Positions 50,000 through 60,150 of a stretch of DNA of 64,000 bases are shown here, piece after piece. Source of the stretch: Parcubacteria group bacterium (lineage in GTDB: Bacteria; Patescibacteriota; Minisyncoccia; SW-4-49-11); the NCBI GenBank assembly GCA_943354045.1, contig CALRBF010000004.1:710-64709 (forward strand), in the 5' to 3' direction. The position numbers and the translations under genes are program-made. The first letter of the stretch is position 1, and each line of letters opens with the position of its first letter. The notes beneath the pieces were generated by a model, which worked only from the letters and a program-made list of their open reading frames with translations, had not been told where the DNA came from and ran no database searches.

Positions 50000-51196
50000 A
50001 TGGCAACCGAAAAGTATGAGCGAAACAAGCCCCATGTTAATGTAGGAACTATTGGTCATGTTGATCATGGTAAAACAACTTTAACCGCAGCTATTCTTAA
50101 TGTACTTAGTTTAAGAGGAAATGTAGTTACTAAAAAAGCAATTGATGAAATTGATGGGGCTCCTGAGGAAAAAGCTCGAGGAATTACTATTGCTACCGCA
50201 CATGTTGAATATGAGTCTGATACTCGTCACTATGCCCATATTGATTGTCCAGGACATGCTGATTATATTAAGAATATGATTACTGGTGCTGCTCAAATGG
50301 ATGGAGCTATCTTAGTTGTATCTGCTGCAGATGGTCCTATGCCTCAAACTCGAGAGCATATTCTTCTTGCAAATCAAATTGGAGTGCCTCAAATTGTAGT
50401 ATTCTTAAATAAAGTTGATCAAGTTGATGATGAGGAATTGATTGAACTTGTAGAAGTAGAGGTTCGAGAATTATTAAGTAAATATAGTTTTGATGGAGAT
50501 AATGCTCGAATTGTTCGAGGATCTGCTCTTAAAGCTCTGGAGACAACTGATGTTAATTCAGATGCAGCTAAGCCAATTCTAGAACTTATTGATGCTCTTG
50601 ATGAGGCTATTCCAGAACCAAAACGAGAAATTGATTTAGATTTCTTGATGCCAGTTGAAGATATTTTCTCAATTGAAGGAAGAGGAACTGTTGTAACTGG
50701 AAGAATTGAAAAAGGAATTATTAAAGTAAACTCAGAAGTAGAGATTGTTGGGCTTCGAGACACTCAAAAAACTGTTGTTACTGGAGTTGAGATGTTCAAA
50801 AAGCTTCTTGATCAAGGTCAGGCTGGAGATAATGTAGGGCTTCTTCTTCGAGGAGTTAAGAAAGAAGATGTTGAAAGAGGTCAAGTACTTGCAAAAGTTG
50901 GATCTATTACTCCTCATACTGAATTTGAAGCTGAGGTATATGTTCTAACAAAAGAAGAAGGAGGTCGTCATACTCCATTTGTATCTGGATATAAGCCACA
51001 ATTCTATATTCGAACAACTGATGTAACAGGAGAAATTACTCTTCCTGAAGGATCAGAATTAGTTATGCCAGGAGATACTGTTACAGTAAAAGTTGCTCTT
51101 GTAGCTCCTATTGCACTTACTGATAATCAAAGATTTGCAATTCGAGAAGGTGGGCATACTGTTGGAGCTGGGGTTGTTACTAAAGTTATCAAATAA
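50000..51196 (+). CDS. tuf: Elongation factor Tu
   Basis: [26 protein letters not shown], and a C-terminal [10 protein letters not shown]. Confidence 0.95.
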   Translation: MATEKYERNKPHVNVGTIGHVDHGKTTLTAAILNVLSLRGNVVTKKAIDEIDGAPEEKARGITIATAHVEYESDTRHYAHIDCPGHADYIKNMITGAAQMDGAILVVSAADGPMPQTREHILLANQIGVPQIVVFLNKVDQVDDEELIELVEVEVRELLSKYSFDGDNARIVRGSALKALETTDVNSDAAKPILELIDALDEAIPEPKREIDLDFLMPVEDIFSIEGRGTVVTGRIEKGIIKVNSEVEIVGLRDTQKTVVTGVEMFKKLLDQGQAGDNVGLLLRGVKKEDVERGQVLAKVGSITPHTEFEAEVYVLTKEEGGRHTPFVSGYKPQFYIRTTDVTGEITLPEGSELVMPGDTVTVKVALVAPIALTDNQRFAIREGGHTVGAGVVTKVIK

Positions 51197-51216
51197 CGCT
51201 TTACGAAGAAAAAAGT

Positions 51217-51549
51217 ATGTCATCTAAAAAAGAAGAGTATAAATCACGAATACGGATTAAGATCAAAGCTTATGATTATAAGTTAGCTGATCAATCATCT
51301 GTGCAGATTATTAATACTGCTATGAAATTTGGAGCAAACGCTGTGGGTCCTATTCCATTGCCTACCTCTATTAAGAAGTATACAGTATTAAAATCAACAT
51401 TCGTGCATAAGGACTCTCGAGACCAATTTGAGATAAGGGTTCATAAGAGGCTTATTGATATTGCTGAACCAAATTCTAAGGTAATTGATGCTCTTATGAA
51501 TCTTAATCTACCGGTTGGAGTAGATATTTCTATCAAGTATCTCAATTAG
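51217..51549 (+). CDS. rpsJ: 30S ribosomal protein S10
   Basis: [40 protein letters not shown]. Confidence 0.9.
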   Translation: MSSKKEEYKSRIRIKIKAYDYKLADQSSVQIINTAMKFGANAVGPIPLPTSIKKYTVLKSTFVHKDSRDQFEIRVHKRLIDIAEPNSKVIDALMNLNLPVGVDISIKYLN

Positions 51550-51570
51550 TAATCAAGGTAAATTGTAAGT

Positions 51571-52149
51571 ATGAAATTTTCGTTTGCTCAAAAGATTGGA
51601 ATGACTCAAGTGTTTGAAGAAGGTAAAGTAATACCTGTCACAAAAGTTCAATTGTATCCCGATGTAAAGGTACAAGCTTTTATTGCTGAAGATAAAACAG
51701 GATATAATGCAGTGCAATTTGGTGCAAAATATTCTAAAAAGGTAAAAGATACTGAATTACCACGATTATTAAAAGAAATTCGTGTAAATAAATTCCCAGA
51801 ATTGGAAGTAGGTACTTTATTAGATATAGCTCAATATGAGGTTGGAAACACATTAGAGGTAAAAGGAGTTTCCAAAGGAAAAGGATTTGCTGGAGTAGTA
51901 AAACGACATGGATTTGCAGGAGCAAATGCTACTCATGGAACTAAGCATACTGAGCGATCGGGAGGATCTATTGGGTCTGGATATCCAGAACATGTTTTGA
52001 AAGGACGTAAAATGCCAGGAAGAGATGGGTTTAAAACTCAAACATTAAAGAATGTAAAAGTTGTAGGAATAGATATTGAAAATAATCAATTATTATTAAA
52101 GGGAGCAATTCCTGGTCCTAATAAGGGATTATTACAAATTGTCGGTTAG
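51571..52149 (+). CDS. rplC: 50S ribosomal protein L3
   Basis: GMTQVFEEGKVIPVT ... KGKGFAGVVKRHGFAGANATHGT. Confidence 0.9.
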   Translation: MKFSFAQKIGMTQVFEEGKVIPVTKVQLYPDVKVQAFIAEDKTGYNAVQFGAKYSKKVKDTELPRLLKEIRVNKFPELEVGTLLDIAQYEVGNTLEVKGVSKGKGFAGVVKRHGFAGANATHGTKHTERSGGSIGSGYPEHVLKGRKMPGRDGFKTQTLKNVKVVGIDIENNQLLLKGAIPGPNKGLLQIVG

Positions 52150-52159
52150 ATAAGTTTAT

Positions 52160-52795
52160 ATGAAGATTCAGGTAATTACCACAAAAGGAGTAAAGAAGGA
52201 GCAATATGAATTGCCAAGTGAGATATTTGAAGTAGCTCCAAATGAGAGTTTAATTCATCAAGTATATCGATATTTGGTATTAAATAAGCTTTATCCCGTA
52301 GCTCATACTAAAGATCGTTCTGAAGTACGTGGAGGAGGTAAAAAACCTTGGAAGCAAAAAGGAACTGGTAGAGCTCGACATGGATCAACTCGTTCTCCAA
52401 TTTGGCGAACAGGAGGTATTACTTTTGGACCTACAAGTGCTAAGAATTTTGCAGTATCTATTAATAAAAAGATGAAGCGTAAAGCTTTATTTATGACACT
52501 TTCATCGAGAGTAGCTGCTGATAAATTTGTATTAGTCGATGATTTTGCATTATCAGCTATAAAAACTAAGGAAGCAGTATCAATTTTAAATAATCTTAAA
52601 CTTGAAGATAAGAAAACCTTAGTAATTATACCTCGAGAAGACAAATATGCTGAAAAGTCATTTGCAAATATTCCAACAGTTTCATTAATATATGCTGACT
52701 CATTAAATATTGAAGATATACTAAAAAGTGATACTATTTTAACTTCAGTATCTTCAGTAGATACTATTAAGGATATCTATAAGAATTACGTTTAA
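52160..52795 (+). CDS. rplD: 50S ribosomal protein L4
   Basis: RGGGKKPWKQKGTGRARHGSTRSPIWRTGG. Confidence 0.9.
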   Translation: MKIQVITTKGVKKEQYELPSEIFEVAPNESLIHQVYRYLVLNKLYPVAHTKDRSEVRGGGKKPWKQKGTGRARHGSTRSPIWRTGGITFGPTSAKNFAVSINKKMKRKALFMTLSSRVAADKFVLVDDFALSAIKTKEAVSILNNLKLEDKKTLVIIPREDKYAEKSFANIPTVSLIYADSLNIEDILKSDTILTSVSSVDTIKDIYKNYV

Positions 52796-52799
52796 GGGT

Positions 52800-53123
52800 A
52801 TGGCAAAGAAAGAATCTACAATTGAAGCAGTACAAGAGTTACAACATAATACCCAATCATATCAGGTATTAGTAAGACCTGTTATTAGTGAAAAAACCTA
52901 TTCTTTATTTCAGAATAGACAGTATTCATTTGAAGTAAATAGTAATACTAATAAGCAAGAGATTGCAAAAGCAGTAGAATTATTGTATAATGTCAAGGTT
53001 TCACAAGTTCGTGTAATAAAAGTAAAGCCACGAAATGTATTTGTACGTGGAAAGAAAGGAAAGACAACAGGATATAAAAAAGCCATTGTCTCATTGAAAG
53101 AAGGATATAGTATCAGTATTTAG
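52800..53123 (+). CDS. rplW: 50S ribosomal protein L23
   Basis: VLVRPVISEKTYS ... NKQEIAKAVELLYNVKV. Confidence 0.85.
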   Translation: MAKKESTIEAVQELQHNTQSYQVLVRPVISEKTYSLFQNRQYSFEVNSNTNKQEIAKAVELLYNVKVSQVRVIKVKPRNVFVRGKKGKTTGYKKAIVSLKEGYSISI

Positions 53124-53125
53124 AT

Positions 53126-53953
53126 ATGATTAAGCATCGAAAACCCACCACACCAGGAAGAAGAAAAAGCTCAGTTGTTGATTACAGAGAGGCTTTAACA
53201 AAGACAACTCCAGAAAAGTCTCTATTAGCACCTATTCGTTCAATGTCAGGACGTAATTCACGAGGAGTGATTACTGTTCGACATAAAGGAGGACGAAATA
53301 AAAGAATGTATCGATTAGTTGACTTTAAGCAAAAGCGTTTTGATATTGAAGCAATTGTACAATCAATTGAATATGATCCAAATCGATCTGCTTTTATTGC
53401 ACTTGTTACCTATACTGATGGAATTAAATCATATATTTTAGCTCCAGGTAAATTAACAGTAGGACAAAGACTATTGTTCAGTAAACAAGCTCCTTTGATA
53501 CCTGGTAATCGACTAACATTAGAGTTTATTCCTGTGGGAACAGAAATTTATAATTTAGAATTATTCCCAGGAAAGGGTGGACAAATTATCCGATCAGCTG
53601 GAAGTGCAGGACAAGTACTTGCTGTTGAGGATACCTATGCTTTAGTAAAGCTTCCTTCAGGAGAAGTAAGAAAAGTACATAAAACAGTATATGCAAGTAT
53701 TGGGAGAGTAAGTAATGAATCTCATATGCTTGAGAATATTGGAAAAGCTGGACGAAATCGATGGCGTGGAGTAAGACCAGCAGTTCGAGGAAGTGCTATG
53801 AATCCAGTAGATCATCCACATGGAGGAGGAGAAGGACGACAACCAATTGGACTTAAATCACCAAAAACTCCTTGGGGTAAAATTGCTCTTGGTAAAAAGA
53901 CTCGTAAGAAGAATAAACCAAGCAATAAGTTTATTATAAGTAGAAGGAAATAA
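53126..53953 (+). CDS. rplB: 50S ribosomal protein L2
   Basis: [26 protein letters not shown] ... [16 protein letters not shown]. Confidence 0.95.
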   Translation: MIKHRKPTTPGRRKSSVVDYREALTKTTPEKSLLAPIRSMSGRNSRGVITVRHKGGRNKRMYRLVDFKQKRFDIEAIVQSIEYDPNRSAFIALVTYTDGIKSYILAPGKLTVGQRLLFSKQAPLIPGNRLTLEFIPVGTEIYNLELFPGKGGQIIRSAGSAGQVLAVEDTYALVKLPSGEVRKVHKTVYASIGRVSNESHMLENIGKAGRNRWRGVRPAVRGSAMNPVDHPHGGGEGRQPIGLKSPKTPWGKIALGKKTRKKNKPSNKFIISRRK

Positions 53954-53963
53954 GTATAGGTAT

Positions 53964-54230
53964 ATGTCTAGAAGTCTTAAAAAAGGTCCCTACATTGATG
54001 AGAAATTAATTACCAAGGTTTTAGCTTTAAAACCAGGAGATACTACTATCATCAAAACATGGGCACGTCATAGTACAATTAGTCCAGAAATGGTAGGATT
54101 TACTTTCGGTGTGCATAATGGAAAAACTCATATCCCAGTATATATCAAAGAAGATATGGTGGGGCATAAGTTAGGGGAATTCTCAGCAACTCGTAAATTT
54201 ATTGGACATAGTGGTAAGAAGACTAAATAA
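53964..54230 (+). CDS. rpsS: 30S ribosomal protein S19
   Basis: [12 protein letters not shown] ... [31 protein letters not shown]. Confidence 0.9.
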   Translation: MSRSLKKGPYIDEKLITKVLALKPGDTTIIKTWARHSTISPEMVGFTFGVHNGKTHIPVYIKEDMVGHKLGEFSATRKFIGHSGKKTK

Positions 54231-54238
54231 GTACTCGT

Positions 54239-54748
54239 ATGGAATGGAATGCAACACTTAAAAATCTAAGAATTAGTCCGAGAAAAACTCGGTTGGTTGT
54301 TGATGCTGTGCGAGGGAAATCTGTAAAAGATGCACTTGCGATACTTGATACTTTGAATCAAAAATCAAGTATTCCCGTAAAAAAGCTTATACAATCAGCA
54401 GTAGCTAATGCTAAAAAACAAGATTCAGTATTAGAAGCACAATTACAAGTATCATCAATTTTTGTAGATGCAGGATTAACCTTGAAGCGTTTTCGTCCTA
54501 GAGCCTTTGGGAGAGCTTATACTATCCGAAAAAGAAGCTCACATATTACTTTGACTCTAAAAGAACTTGATATTGTAAAGAAGAGAAAAGCTAATACTGA
54601 AGCTAAAGAAACTTCAGAAAAGTCAGCTGTAAAAGAGGCTATAATAACAACTGCTAAGCCAAAAACAGCTAAAGCTAAGACAACAACTGTCAAAAATCCA
54701 GCTAAGAAGGCAGTTACCAAGAAAGCTCTCAAGGATAGCGATAAATAA
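54239..54748 (+). CDS. rplV: 50S ribosomal protein L22 with a Lys/Ala/Thr-rich C-terminal extension
   Basis: LRISPRKTRLVVDAVRGKSVKDALAIL core, followed by a roughly 50-aa KAK/T-rich basic tail. Confidence 0.9.
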   Translation: MEWNATLKNLRISPRKTRLVVDAVRGKSVKDALAILDTLNQKSSIPVKKLIQSAVANAKKQDSVLEAQLQVSSIFVDAGLTLKRFRPRAFGRAYTIRKRSSHITLTLKELDIVKKRKANTEAKETSEKSAVKEAIITTAKPKTAKAKTTTVKNPAKKAVTKKALKDSDK

Positions 54749-54756
54749 TTAGATAT

Positions 54757-55404
54757 ATGGGAAATAAGGTTAATGCAAATGTATATAGACTAGGAGTAAC
54801 AAAGGGATGGACATCTCGATGGTTTGGTACTGCTAAAAATTTACCAAAAGATTTACAAGAAGATGCCAAAATTCGTGCATTTATTACAAAAAGTCTTCCA
54901 AAATCAGGTATTAGTACTATTGATATTGAAAGAACTCCCCGATTAATTAATATTATTATTCACACTTCTCGAGCTGGAATGATTATTGGAAAAGGAGGGG
55001 CTGGAATTGAATCATTGAAGAAAACCATTAAAAGACTTATTGGAACTCAAATCGATTTACGACTTACCGTTGAGGAAATTAAGAATCCAAATGAAAATGC
55101 TGCGATTATTGGGGAGAATATTGCTGAGCAGTTAGAAAAAAGAATTCCATTCCGACGTATATTAAAGCAAACTATAGAAAATGTATTTCAAAGTCAAAAT
55201 GTAAAAGGAGTAAAAATATTATTGAGCGGAAGATTAGATGGAGCAGAAATGTCTCGAACAGAATATCTGACTAAAGGAAAAATTCCTTTGGCTACCCTTC
55301 GAGCAAATATTGATTTTGCTAAAAAAACTGCCTATACCAAATATGGAACAACCGGTATTAAGGTTTGGGTATATAAGGGAGATGTATTAGAAGAGCAAAA
55401 GTAA
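54757..55404 (+). CDS. rpsC: 30S ribosomal protein S3
   Basis: MGNKVNANVYRLGVTKGWTSRWF, a KH domain, and GRLDGAEMSRTEY. Confidence 0.9.
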   Translation: MGNKVNANVYRLGVTKGWTSRWFGTAKNLPKDLQEDAKIRAFITKSLPKSGISTIDIERTPRLINIIIHTSRAGMIIGKGGAGIESLKKTIKRLIGTQIDLRLTVEEIKNPNENAAIIGENIAEQLEKRIPFRRILKQTIENVFQSQNVKGVKILLSGRLDGAEMSRTEYLTKGKIPLATLRANIDFAKKTAYTKYGTTGIKVWVYKGDVLEEQK

Positions 55405-55422
55405 TAAGTTAAGAATTCTATT

Positions 55423-55845
55423 ATGTTATTAGCACCACGAAAGACGAAGCATCGAAAAGTTCATAAGGGAAAACCTTCTGATAAGTTAAATGCAGCTGCA
55501 AGAGGAATAGAGTTATCATTTGGTTCTTATGGTCTTCGAGCCACTGAAGCAAAATGGATTACTGCTCGTCAAATTGAGTCTGCCCGTCGAGCTATTAGTC
55601 GATATACTGCTAGAGGAGGTAAGGTTTGGATTCGTGTATTCCCTCATAAGCCTATTACTACTAAAAGTGCTGAAGTAGGTATGGGAAAAGGAAAAGGAGC
55701 TGTTGATCACTATGTAGTAAATCTAAAAGCAGGTAAGATTTTATTTGAAATTGATGGTGTGACCAGAGAGATTGCTGAAGAAGCTCTAAAAAGAGCTGGA
55801 GCTAAGCTCCCAGTAAAAACAAAATTTATTAGTAAAGAGCAATAA
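55423..55845 (+). CDS. rplP: 50S ribosomal protein L16
   Basis: MLLAPRKTKHRKVHKGK ... GKGAVDHYVVNLKAGKILFEI. Confidence 0.9.
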   Translation: MLLAPRKTKHRKVHKGKPSDKLNAAARGIELSFGSYGLRATEAKWITARQIESARRAISRYTARGGKVWIRVFPHKPITTKSAEVGMGKGKGAVDHYVVNLKAGKILFEIDGVTREIAEEALKRAGAKLPVKTKFISKEQ

Positions 55846-55849
55846 GGGC

Positions 55850-55878
55850 TTGACTAATCGCAAAAAATTCGATATACT
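55850..55878 (+). promoter_or_regulatory. Internal consensus promoter between rplP and rpmC (TTGACT-17 nt-TATACT)
   Basis: ttgact at 55850-55855, a 17-nt spacer, then tatact at 55873-55878, inside the 69-nt rplP-rpmC spacer. Confidence 0.45.
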
Positions 55879-55914
55879 ATAGCCTATGACTGGCGCTTTA
55901 AGAACAGAGTTATT

Positions 55915-56103
55915 ATGAGTAAAGAAGGATACAATACTAAGTCACAAGGAGAACTGCAAAATATTCTTGTTGAGAAACAATTAGAACTTGGCAAATTAAT
56001 ATTTGTTAAGGGAGATCCTTCCCAAAAATCAGATGGTTCAGCTATCAAAGCATTGAGAAGAGATATTGCTCGAATTCAAACAGTATTGACCAAATTATCT
56101 TAA
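55915..56103 (+). CDS. rpmC: 50S ribosomal protein L29
   Basis: LQNILVEKQLELGKL ... ALRRDIARIQTVL. 62 aa. Confidence 0.85.
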   Translation: MSKEGYNTKSQGELQNILVEKQLELGKLIFVKGDPSQKSDGSAIKALRRDIARIQTVLTKLS

Positions 56104-56111
56104 ATTTAACT

Positions 56112-56369
56112 ATGTCAGAATCTACTACTCCTACATCTAAGATAAAAACTCGAACCCTAAAAGGGAAAGTAGTTTCTACTGCTATGGAAAAAACCGTAGT
56201 TGTAGCTGTTAATCGTACAAAAGCAGATCCTTTGTATAAGAAGCGATATACCGTAACCAAGCGATATATGGCACATAATGAAAATCCAGAAATTAAGCTA
56301 GGAGATGAAGTTGTAATTGAGGAGTCTCGACCATTATCTCGACATAAGCGATGGGTAGTAATACAATAA
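56112..56369 (+). CDS. rpsQ: 30S ribosomal protein S17
   Basis: [43 protein letters not shown] ... [18 protein letters not shown]. Confidence 0.9.
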   Translation: MSESTTPTSKIKTRTLKGKVVSTAMEKTVVVAVNRTKADPLYKKRYTVTKRYMAHNENPEIKLGDEVVIEESRPLSRHKRWVVIQ

Positions 56370-56370
56370 T

Positions 56371-56739
56371 ATGATTCAGAAAGAGAGTAAATTAAAGGTA
56401 GCTGATAATTCAGGAGCAAAAATCATTGAGTGTTTCAATGTTCTTGGTGGGACTCGCAAAAGATATGCTCAATTAGGAGATATTATTGTAGCTTCTGTAA
56501 AAAGTGCAGAACCTCGAGCTACTGTGAAAAAAGGAGATGTAGTAAAAGCTGTAGTTGTACGTCAGCGAAAAGAATATCGTCGAGCTGATGGATCATATAT
56601 TAGATTTGATGAAAATGCAGCAGTTATTATCAATACTAATAAAGAGCCGGTTGGAACTCGTGTATTCGGGCCAATTGCTCGTGAAATTCGAGAAGCAGGA
56701 TATATGAAAATTGTATCATTAGCACCAGAAGTACTGTAA
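56371..56739 (+). CDS. rplN: 50S ribosomal protein L14
   Basis: [27 protein letters not shown] ... [12 protein letters not shown]. Confidence 0.95.
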   Translation: MIQKESKLKVADNSGAKIIECFNVLGGTRKRYAQLGDIIVASVKSAEPRATVKKGDVVKAVVVRQRKEYRRADGSYIRFDENAAVIINTNKEPVGTRVFGPIAREIREAGYMKIVSLAPEVL

Positions 56740-56751
56740 TAAGCCAAGTAT

Positions 56752-57057
56752 ATGAAGATTCGAAAAAATGACACAGTTGAAGTTCTCTCCGGAAAAGATA
56801 AAGGAAAGAGAGGAAAAATTATCGAGGTAATACCATCTCGAAGCCGTGTTCGTGTTGAAGGAGTAATGCTCGTAAAAAAACATCAAAAACCTCGTAAAGA
56901 AGGAGAGGTGGGTTCAATTATTGAAAAGCCATCAACTATACATATTTCTAATGTTGCTTTTGTAGATACTGAAACTGCTACTCGAACTAAAGTATCTTAT
57001 AAATTTGTAGGAGGTAAAAAAGTACGATATAGTCATAAATTGAATAAGGAATTATAG
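56752..57057 (+). CDS. rplX: 50S ribosomal protein L24
   Basis: MKIRKNDTVEVLSGKDKGKRGKIIEV (KOW domain). Confidence 0.9.
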   Translation: MKIRKNDTVEVLSGKDKGKRGKIIEVIPSRSRVRVEGVMLVKKHQKPRKEGEVGSIIEKPSTIHISNVAFVDTETATRTKVSYKFVGGKKVRYSHKLNKEL

Positions 57058-57058
57058 T

Positions 57059-57598
57059 ATGTCAAGTTTGAAAACTCGTTATCAAGAATCACTTCGCCCA
57101 GAACTTATGAAAGAGTTTGGGATTAAAAATACCTTTGCAGCTCCTCGTATTGAGAAGATTACCCTTAATGTAGGAACTGGAAAGAATTTTCGTGATGTAC
57201 AAAAATTTGAAAAAGTAAAGTCAATTTTGACCACTATTGCTGCTCAGCAACCTATCTCAGTAGCTGCAAAAAGTTCTATTGCTCAATTCAAAACGAGGCA
57301 GGGAATGACAATTGCTCTTAAGGTTACCCTCCGAGGAGAAAGAATGTATGACTTTCTTGATAGATTAATCTCAATTGCTCTTCCTCGGACTCGAGATTTT
57401 CAAGGAATTGAATCAACCAAAATTGATGAGAAGGGGAATGTAAACTTTGGAATAAAAGAGCAAATTATTTTCCCAGAATTATCCAATGAAGAGCTTGGTA
57501 TTAATTTTGGTATGCAAATCAATATTACTATATTGAATTCCAATAAGGAAAAAAGCCTTCATTTATTAAAATCAATGGGATTCCCATTTAAGCAATAA
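57059..57598 (+). CDS. rplE: 50S ribosomal protein L5
   Basis: [10 protein letters not shown] ... [35 protein letters not shown]. Confidence 0.9.
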   Translation: MSSLKTRYQESLRPELMKEFGIKNTFAAPRIEKITLNVGTGKNFRDVQKFEKVKSILTTIAAQQPISVAAKSSIAQFKTRQGMTIALKVTLRGERMYDFLDRLISIALPRTRDFQGIESTKIDEKGNVNFGIKEQIIFPELSNEELGINFGMQINITILNSNKEKSLHLLKSMGFPFKQ

Positions 57599-57608
57599 GA
57601 GTAGAAAT

Positions 57609-57794
57609 ATGGCAACAGAAGCACATATCGCAAAGTCCAAGAAAAAACAGAAGTTTATCACTCGTGGTGTTAATCGATGCTTTAAGTGTGGAAGACATAG
57701 AGGATATATCCGGGACTTTGGATTATGCCGAATTTGTTTCAGAGAACTTGCTTCACAAGGATTAATCCCAGGGATTAAAAAATCTAGTTGGTAA
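57609..57794 (+). CDS. rpsN: 30S ribosomal protein S14 (zinc-binding type Z)
   Basis: 61 aa, [25 protein letters not shown] (C4 zinc motif). Confidence 0.9.
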   Translation: MATEAHIAKSKKKQKFITRGVNRCFKCGRHRGYIRDFGLCRICFRELASQGLIPGIKKSSW

Positions 57795-57807
57795 TTATAA
57801 GAGATAT

Positions 57808-58197
57808 ATGAATATGACTGACCCAATTGCAGACATGCTAACCAGAATCCGTAATGCACAAGCGGTAAATAAGAGAGAGGTATCAATCCCTTACTCTAAT
57901 CTTAAGTTTGAAATTGTAAAATTATTGAAGACTAAGAAATTTATAACAGGAGTTACTAAAGTTGATCAAGAAAAAGGATTTCCTCTTTTAGTCATTGATC
58001 TTAAAAAAGATGGGATTAAAGGAATTGATAGAGTAAGTAAGCCAGGGCGTCGAATTTATCTTGGAGCTCAAGAACTTCCAACACAATTTAAATATGGAAA
58101 AGGAACAGTAGTTTTATCTACTTCAAAAGGAATTATAGATGCAAATACCGCAAAGAGAGAGAATTTGGGAGGAGAAGTTATTTGTCAAATTTGGTAA
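57808..58197 (+). CDS. rpsH: 30S ribosomal protein S8
   Basis: MTDPIADMLTRIRNA ... GGEVICQIW. Confidence 0.9.
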   Translation: MNMTDPIADMLTRIRNAQAVNKREVSIPYSNLKFEIVKLLKTKKFITGVTKVDQEKGFPLLVIDLKKDGIKGIDRVSKPGRRIYLGAQELPTQFKYGKGTVVLSTSKGIIDANTAKRENLGGEVICQIW

Positions 58198-58215
58198 TTA
58201 AGTAAGTATACGATT

Positions 58216-58752
58216 ATGTCAAGAGTAGGAAAAAAGTCAATTCAAATCCCACAGGGAGTATCCATAGTATTACAAGATGGTGTATTGACTGTTACTGGTC
58301 CAAAAGGAGTATTATCTCAAGATGTAAAGCATCCAGTAAGATTTGAAATAGGGGAAACTGAAATTTTTGTAACTCCACAAGAGCAGATTAAGAATATCAG
58401 TGCTTTTTGGGGACTATATCGAGCATTACTTCAGAATATGATTACAGGAGTAACAGATGGATTTACCAAAAAGCTTCGTATTGAAGGTGTTGGGTATCGT
58501 GTAGCATTGCAAGGACAAACTTTAGTGTTAAATCTTGGATATTCTCATCCAATTGAGGTAAAAGCTCCAGAAGGAATTGTCTTTGAAGTGGATAAAAATA
58601 TTATTTTAGTAAAAGGAATAGATAAAACTCTCGTTGGACAGGTATCAGCTGATATTCGAGCAACTCGACCACCAGAACCTTATAAAGGAAAGGGTGTTCG
58701 ATATGATGATGAGTTTGTTCGAATGAAAGTAGGTAAAAAAACATCTTCCTAA
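58216..58752 (+). CDS. rplF: 50S ribosomal protein L6
   Basis: MSRVGKKSIQIPQGV ... LGYSHPIEVKAPEGI. Confidence 0.9.
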   Translation: MSRVGKKSIQIPQGVSIVLQDGVLTVTGPKGVLSQDVKHPVRFEIGETEIFVTPQEQIKNISAFWGLYRALLQNMITGVTDGFTKKLRIEGVGYRVALQGQTLVLNLGYSHPIEVKAPEGIVFEVDKNIILVKGIDKTLVGQVSADIRATRPPEPYKGKGVRYDDEFVRMKVGKKTSS

Positions 58753-58756
58753 AGAC

Positions 58757-58785
58757 TTGAAATAAGAAGATAAGTGTGATAAAAT
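58757..58785 (+). promoter_or_regulatory. Internal promoter upstream of rplR (TTGAAA-17 nt-TAAAAT with a TG extended -10)
   Basis: ttgaaa at 58757-58762, a 17-nt spacer ending in gtgtga, then taaaat at 58780-58785, in the 54-nt rplF-rplR spacer. Confidence 0.35.
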
Positions 58786-58806
58786 AAGGATTATAATGCA
58801 TATAGT

Positions 58807-59163
58807 ATGAAGGCAATTTTGGACAAACAGCGACGATTAGCAAGAAGAAAAGTAAGAGTGAGAGGAAAAATCTCAGGTACCTCTACTATTCCTAGATTAG
58901 CAGTATCCAAAAGTAATACCAGTATTTATGTTCAACTTATTGATGATATTAAGGGGGTGACTTTACTCGGATTACATAGCAAGTCATTGAGCAAAGGAAA
59001 AAGTGCTACTGTTACTGATGCAGAGAAATTAGGGGAGGCATTAGCAGTAGCTGCATTAGAGAAGAATATTTATCGAGCGGTATTTGATAGAAGAGGGAGA
59101 AAATATACTGGAAAAATCTCAGCTTTTGCAGAAGGAGCTCGTAAATCAGGATTAAGAATTTAA
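58807..59163 (+). CDS. rplR: 50S ribosomal protein L18
   Basis: RRKVRVRGKISGTSTIPRLAVSKSNTSIYVQLIDD ... AVFDRRGRKYTGKISAFAEGARKSGL. Confidence 0.9.
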   Translation: MKAILDKQRRLARRKVRVRGKISGTSTIPRLAVSKSNTSIYVQLIDDIKGVTLLGLHSKSLSKGKSATVTDAEKLGEALAVAALEKNIYRAVFDRRGRKYTGKISAFAEGARKSGLRI

Positions 59164-59164
59164 T

Positions 59165-59626
59165 ATGGCAAAGCAGCAACAACAATCAAGACAGCCAGAG
59201 AAGCGAGAATATGATCATAAAGTACTGGATATAGCTAGGGTAGCTCGTGTTATGGCGGGAGGACGACGATTTTCTTTTCGAGCAACTGTTGTAATTGGAG
59301 ATCGTAAAGGAAAAGTTGGAGTTGGAATTGGAAAAGGAGCTGATACTGCTATTGCTATTGATAAAGCTATTAATGCTGCCAAGAAAAAAATGGTGCAAAT
59401 TGATGTAAGTACTGGAACTATTCCGGTTGACGCCACTGCAAAATTTGGTAGTGCTCAGATTATTCTAAAACCTGCTAAAGAAGGAAAAGGAATTGTAGCT
59501 GGTGGAGCAGTACGAACTGTAGTAGATTATGCTGGAATTAAAAATATTACTGCTAAGATGCTCGGAGGAAAAAATAAACTTAATAATGCTCAAGCAACAG
59601 TAAAAGCTTTGTTAATGACTCAATAA
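59165..59626 (+). CDS. rpsE: 30S ribosomal protein S5
   Basis: VLDIARVARVMAGGRRFSFRATVVIGDRKGKVGVGIGKGAD. Confidence 0.9.
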   Translation: MAKQQQQSRQPEKREYDHKVLDIARVARVMAGGRRFSFRATVVIGDRKGKVGVGIGKGADTAIAIDKAINAAKKKMVQIDVSTGTIPVDATAKFGSAQIILKPAKEGKGIVAGGAVRTVVDYAGIKNITAKMLGGKNKLNNAQATVKALLMTQ

Positions 59627-59627
59627 T

Positions 59628-60092
59628 ATGCATATTCATACATTATCACCACATCCATCTCAAAAAACTCGTAAAAGAATAGGACGAGGAGGAAAGCGAG
59701 GTACTTACAGTGGAAAAGGACAAAAGGGACAAAAAGCTCGATCAGGAGCTAAAATATCCCCATTATTTACTGGAGGTAGTGCTGCTTTAGCTGGGCAAGG
59801 AAGTCGTGTTATTCATAAAAGAAGAGGGCAGTCTCCAGTACAAGGAGCTCATAGAATTGGTAATATAAAGGGTAAAACAGCTTATAGCATTGTGAATATT
59901 TGTTCAATTGCAGCTGTATTTGCAAGTGGAGCTGTGATTAATCGTGAAAGTTTATTACAAGCTAAATTAATTCGTAGTAGTGCTACTGATATTAAAGTAT
60001 TAGCTAAGAATACTGGTGAGACTATTGATAAGAAATTTGTATTTGAAAATATTGCTGTATCTAAGACAGTACAAGATACATATAGTGCATAA
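59628..60092 (+). CDS. rplO: 50S ribosomal protein L15 (follows rpsE directly; no rpmD/L30)
   Basis: KRIGRGGKRGTYSGKGQKGQKARSG. It starts 2 nt after the rpsE stop. Confidence 0.85.
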   Translation: MHIHTLSPHPSQKTRKRIGRGGKRGTYSGKGQKGQKARSGAKISPLFTGGSAALAGQGSRVIHKRRGQSPVQGAHRIGNIKGKTAYSIVNICSIAAVFASGAVINRESLLQAKLIRSSATDIKVLAKNTGETIDKKFVFENIAVSKTVQDTYSA

Positions 60093-60150
60093 GTTTGATA
60101 TCGCGTAGAGAGCTTTTGTGACATAATAGATAAATGTTAAAGATATAGAT

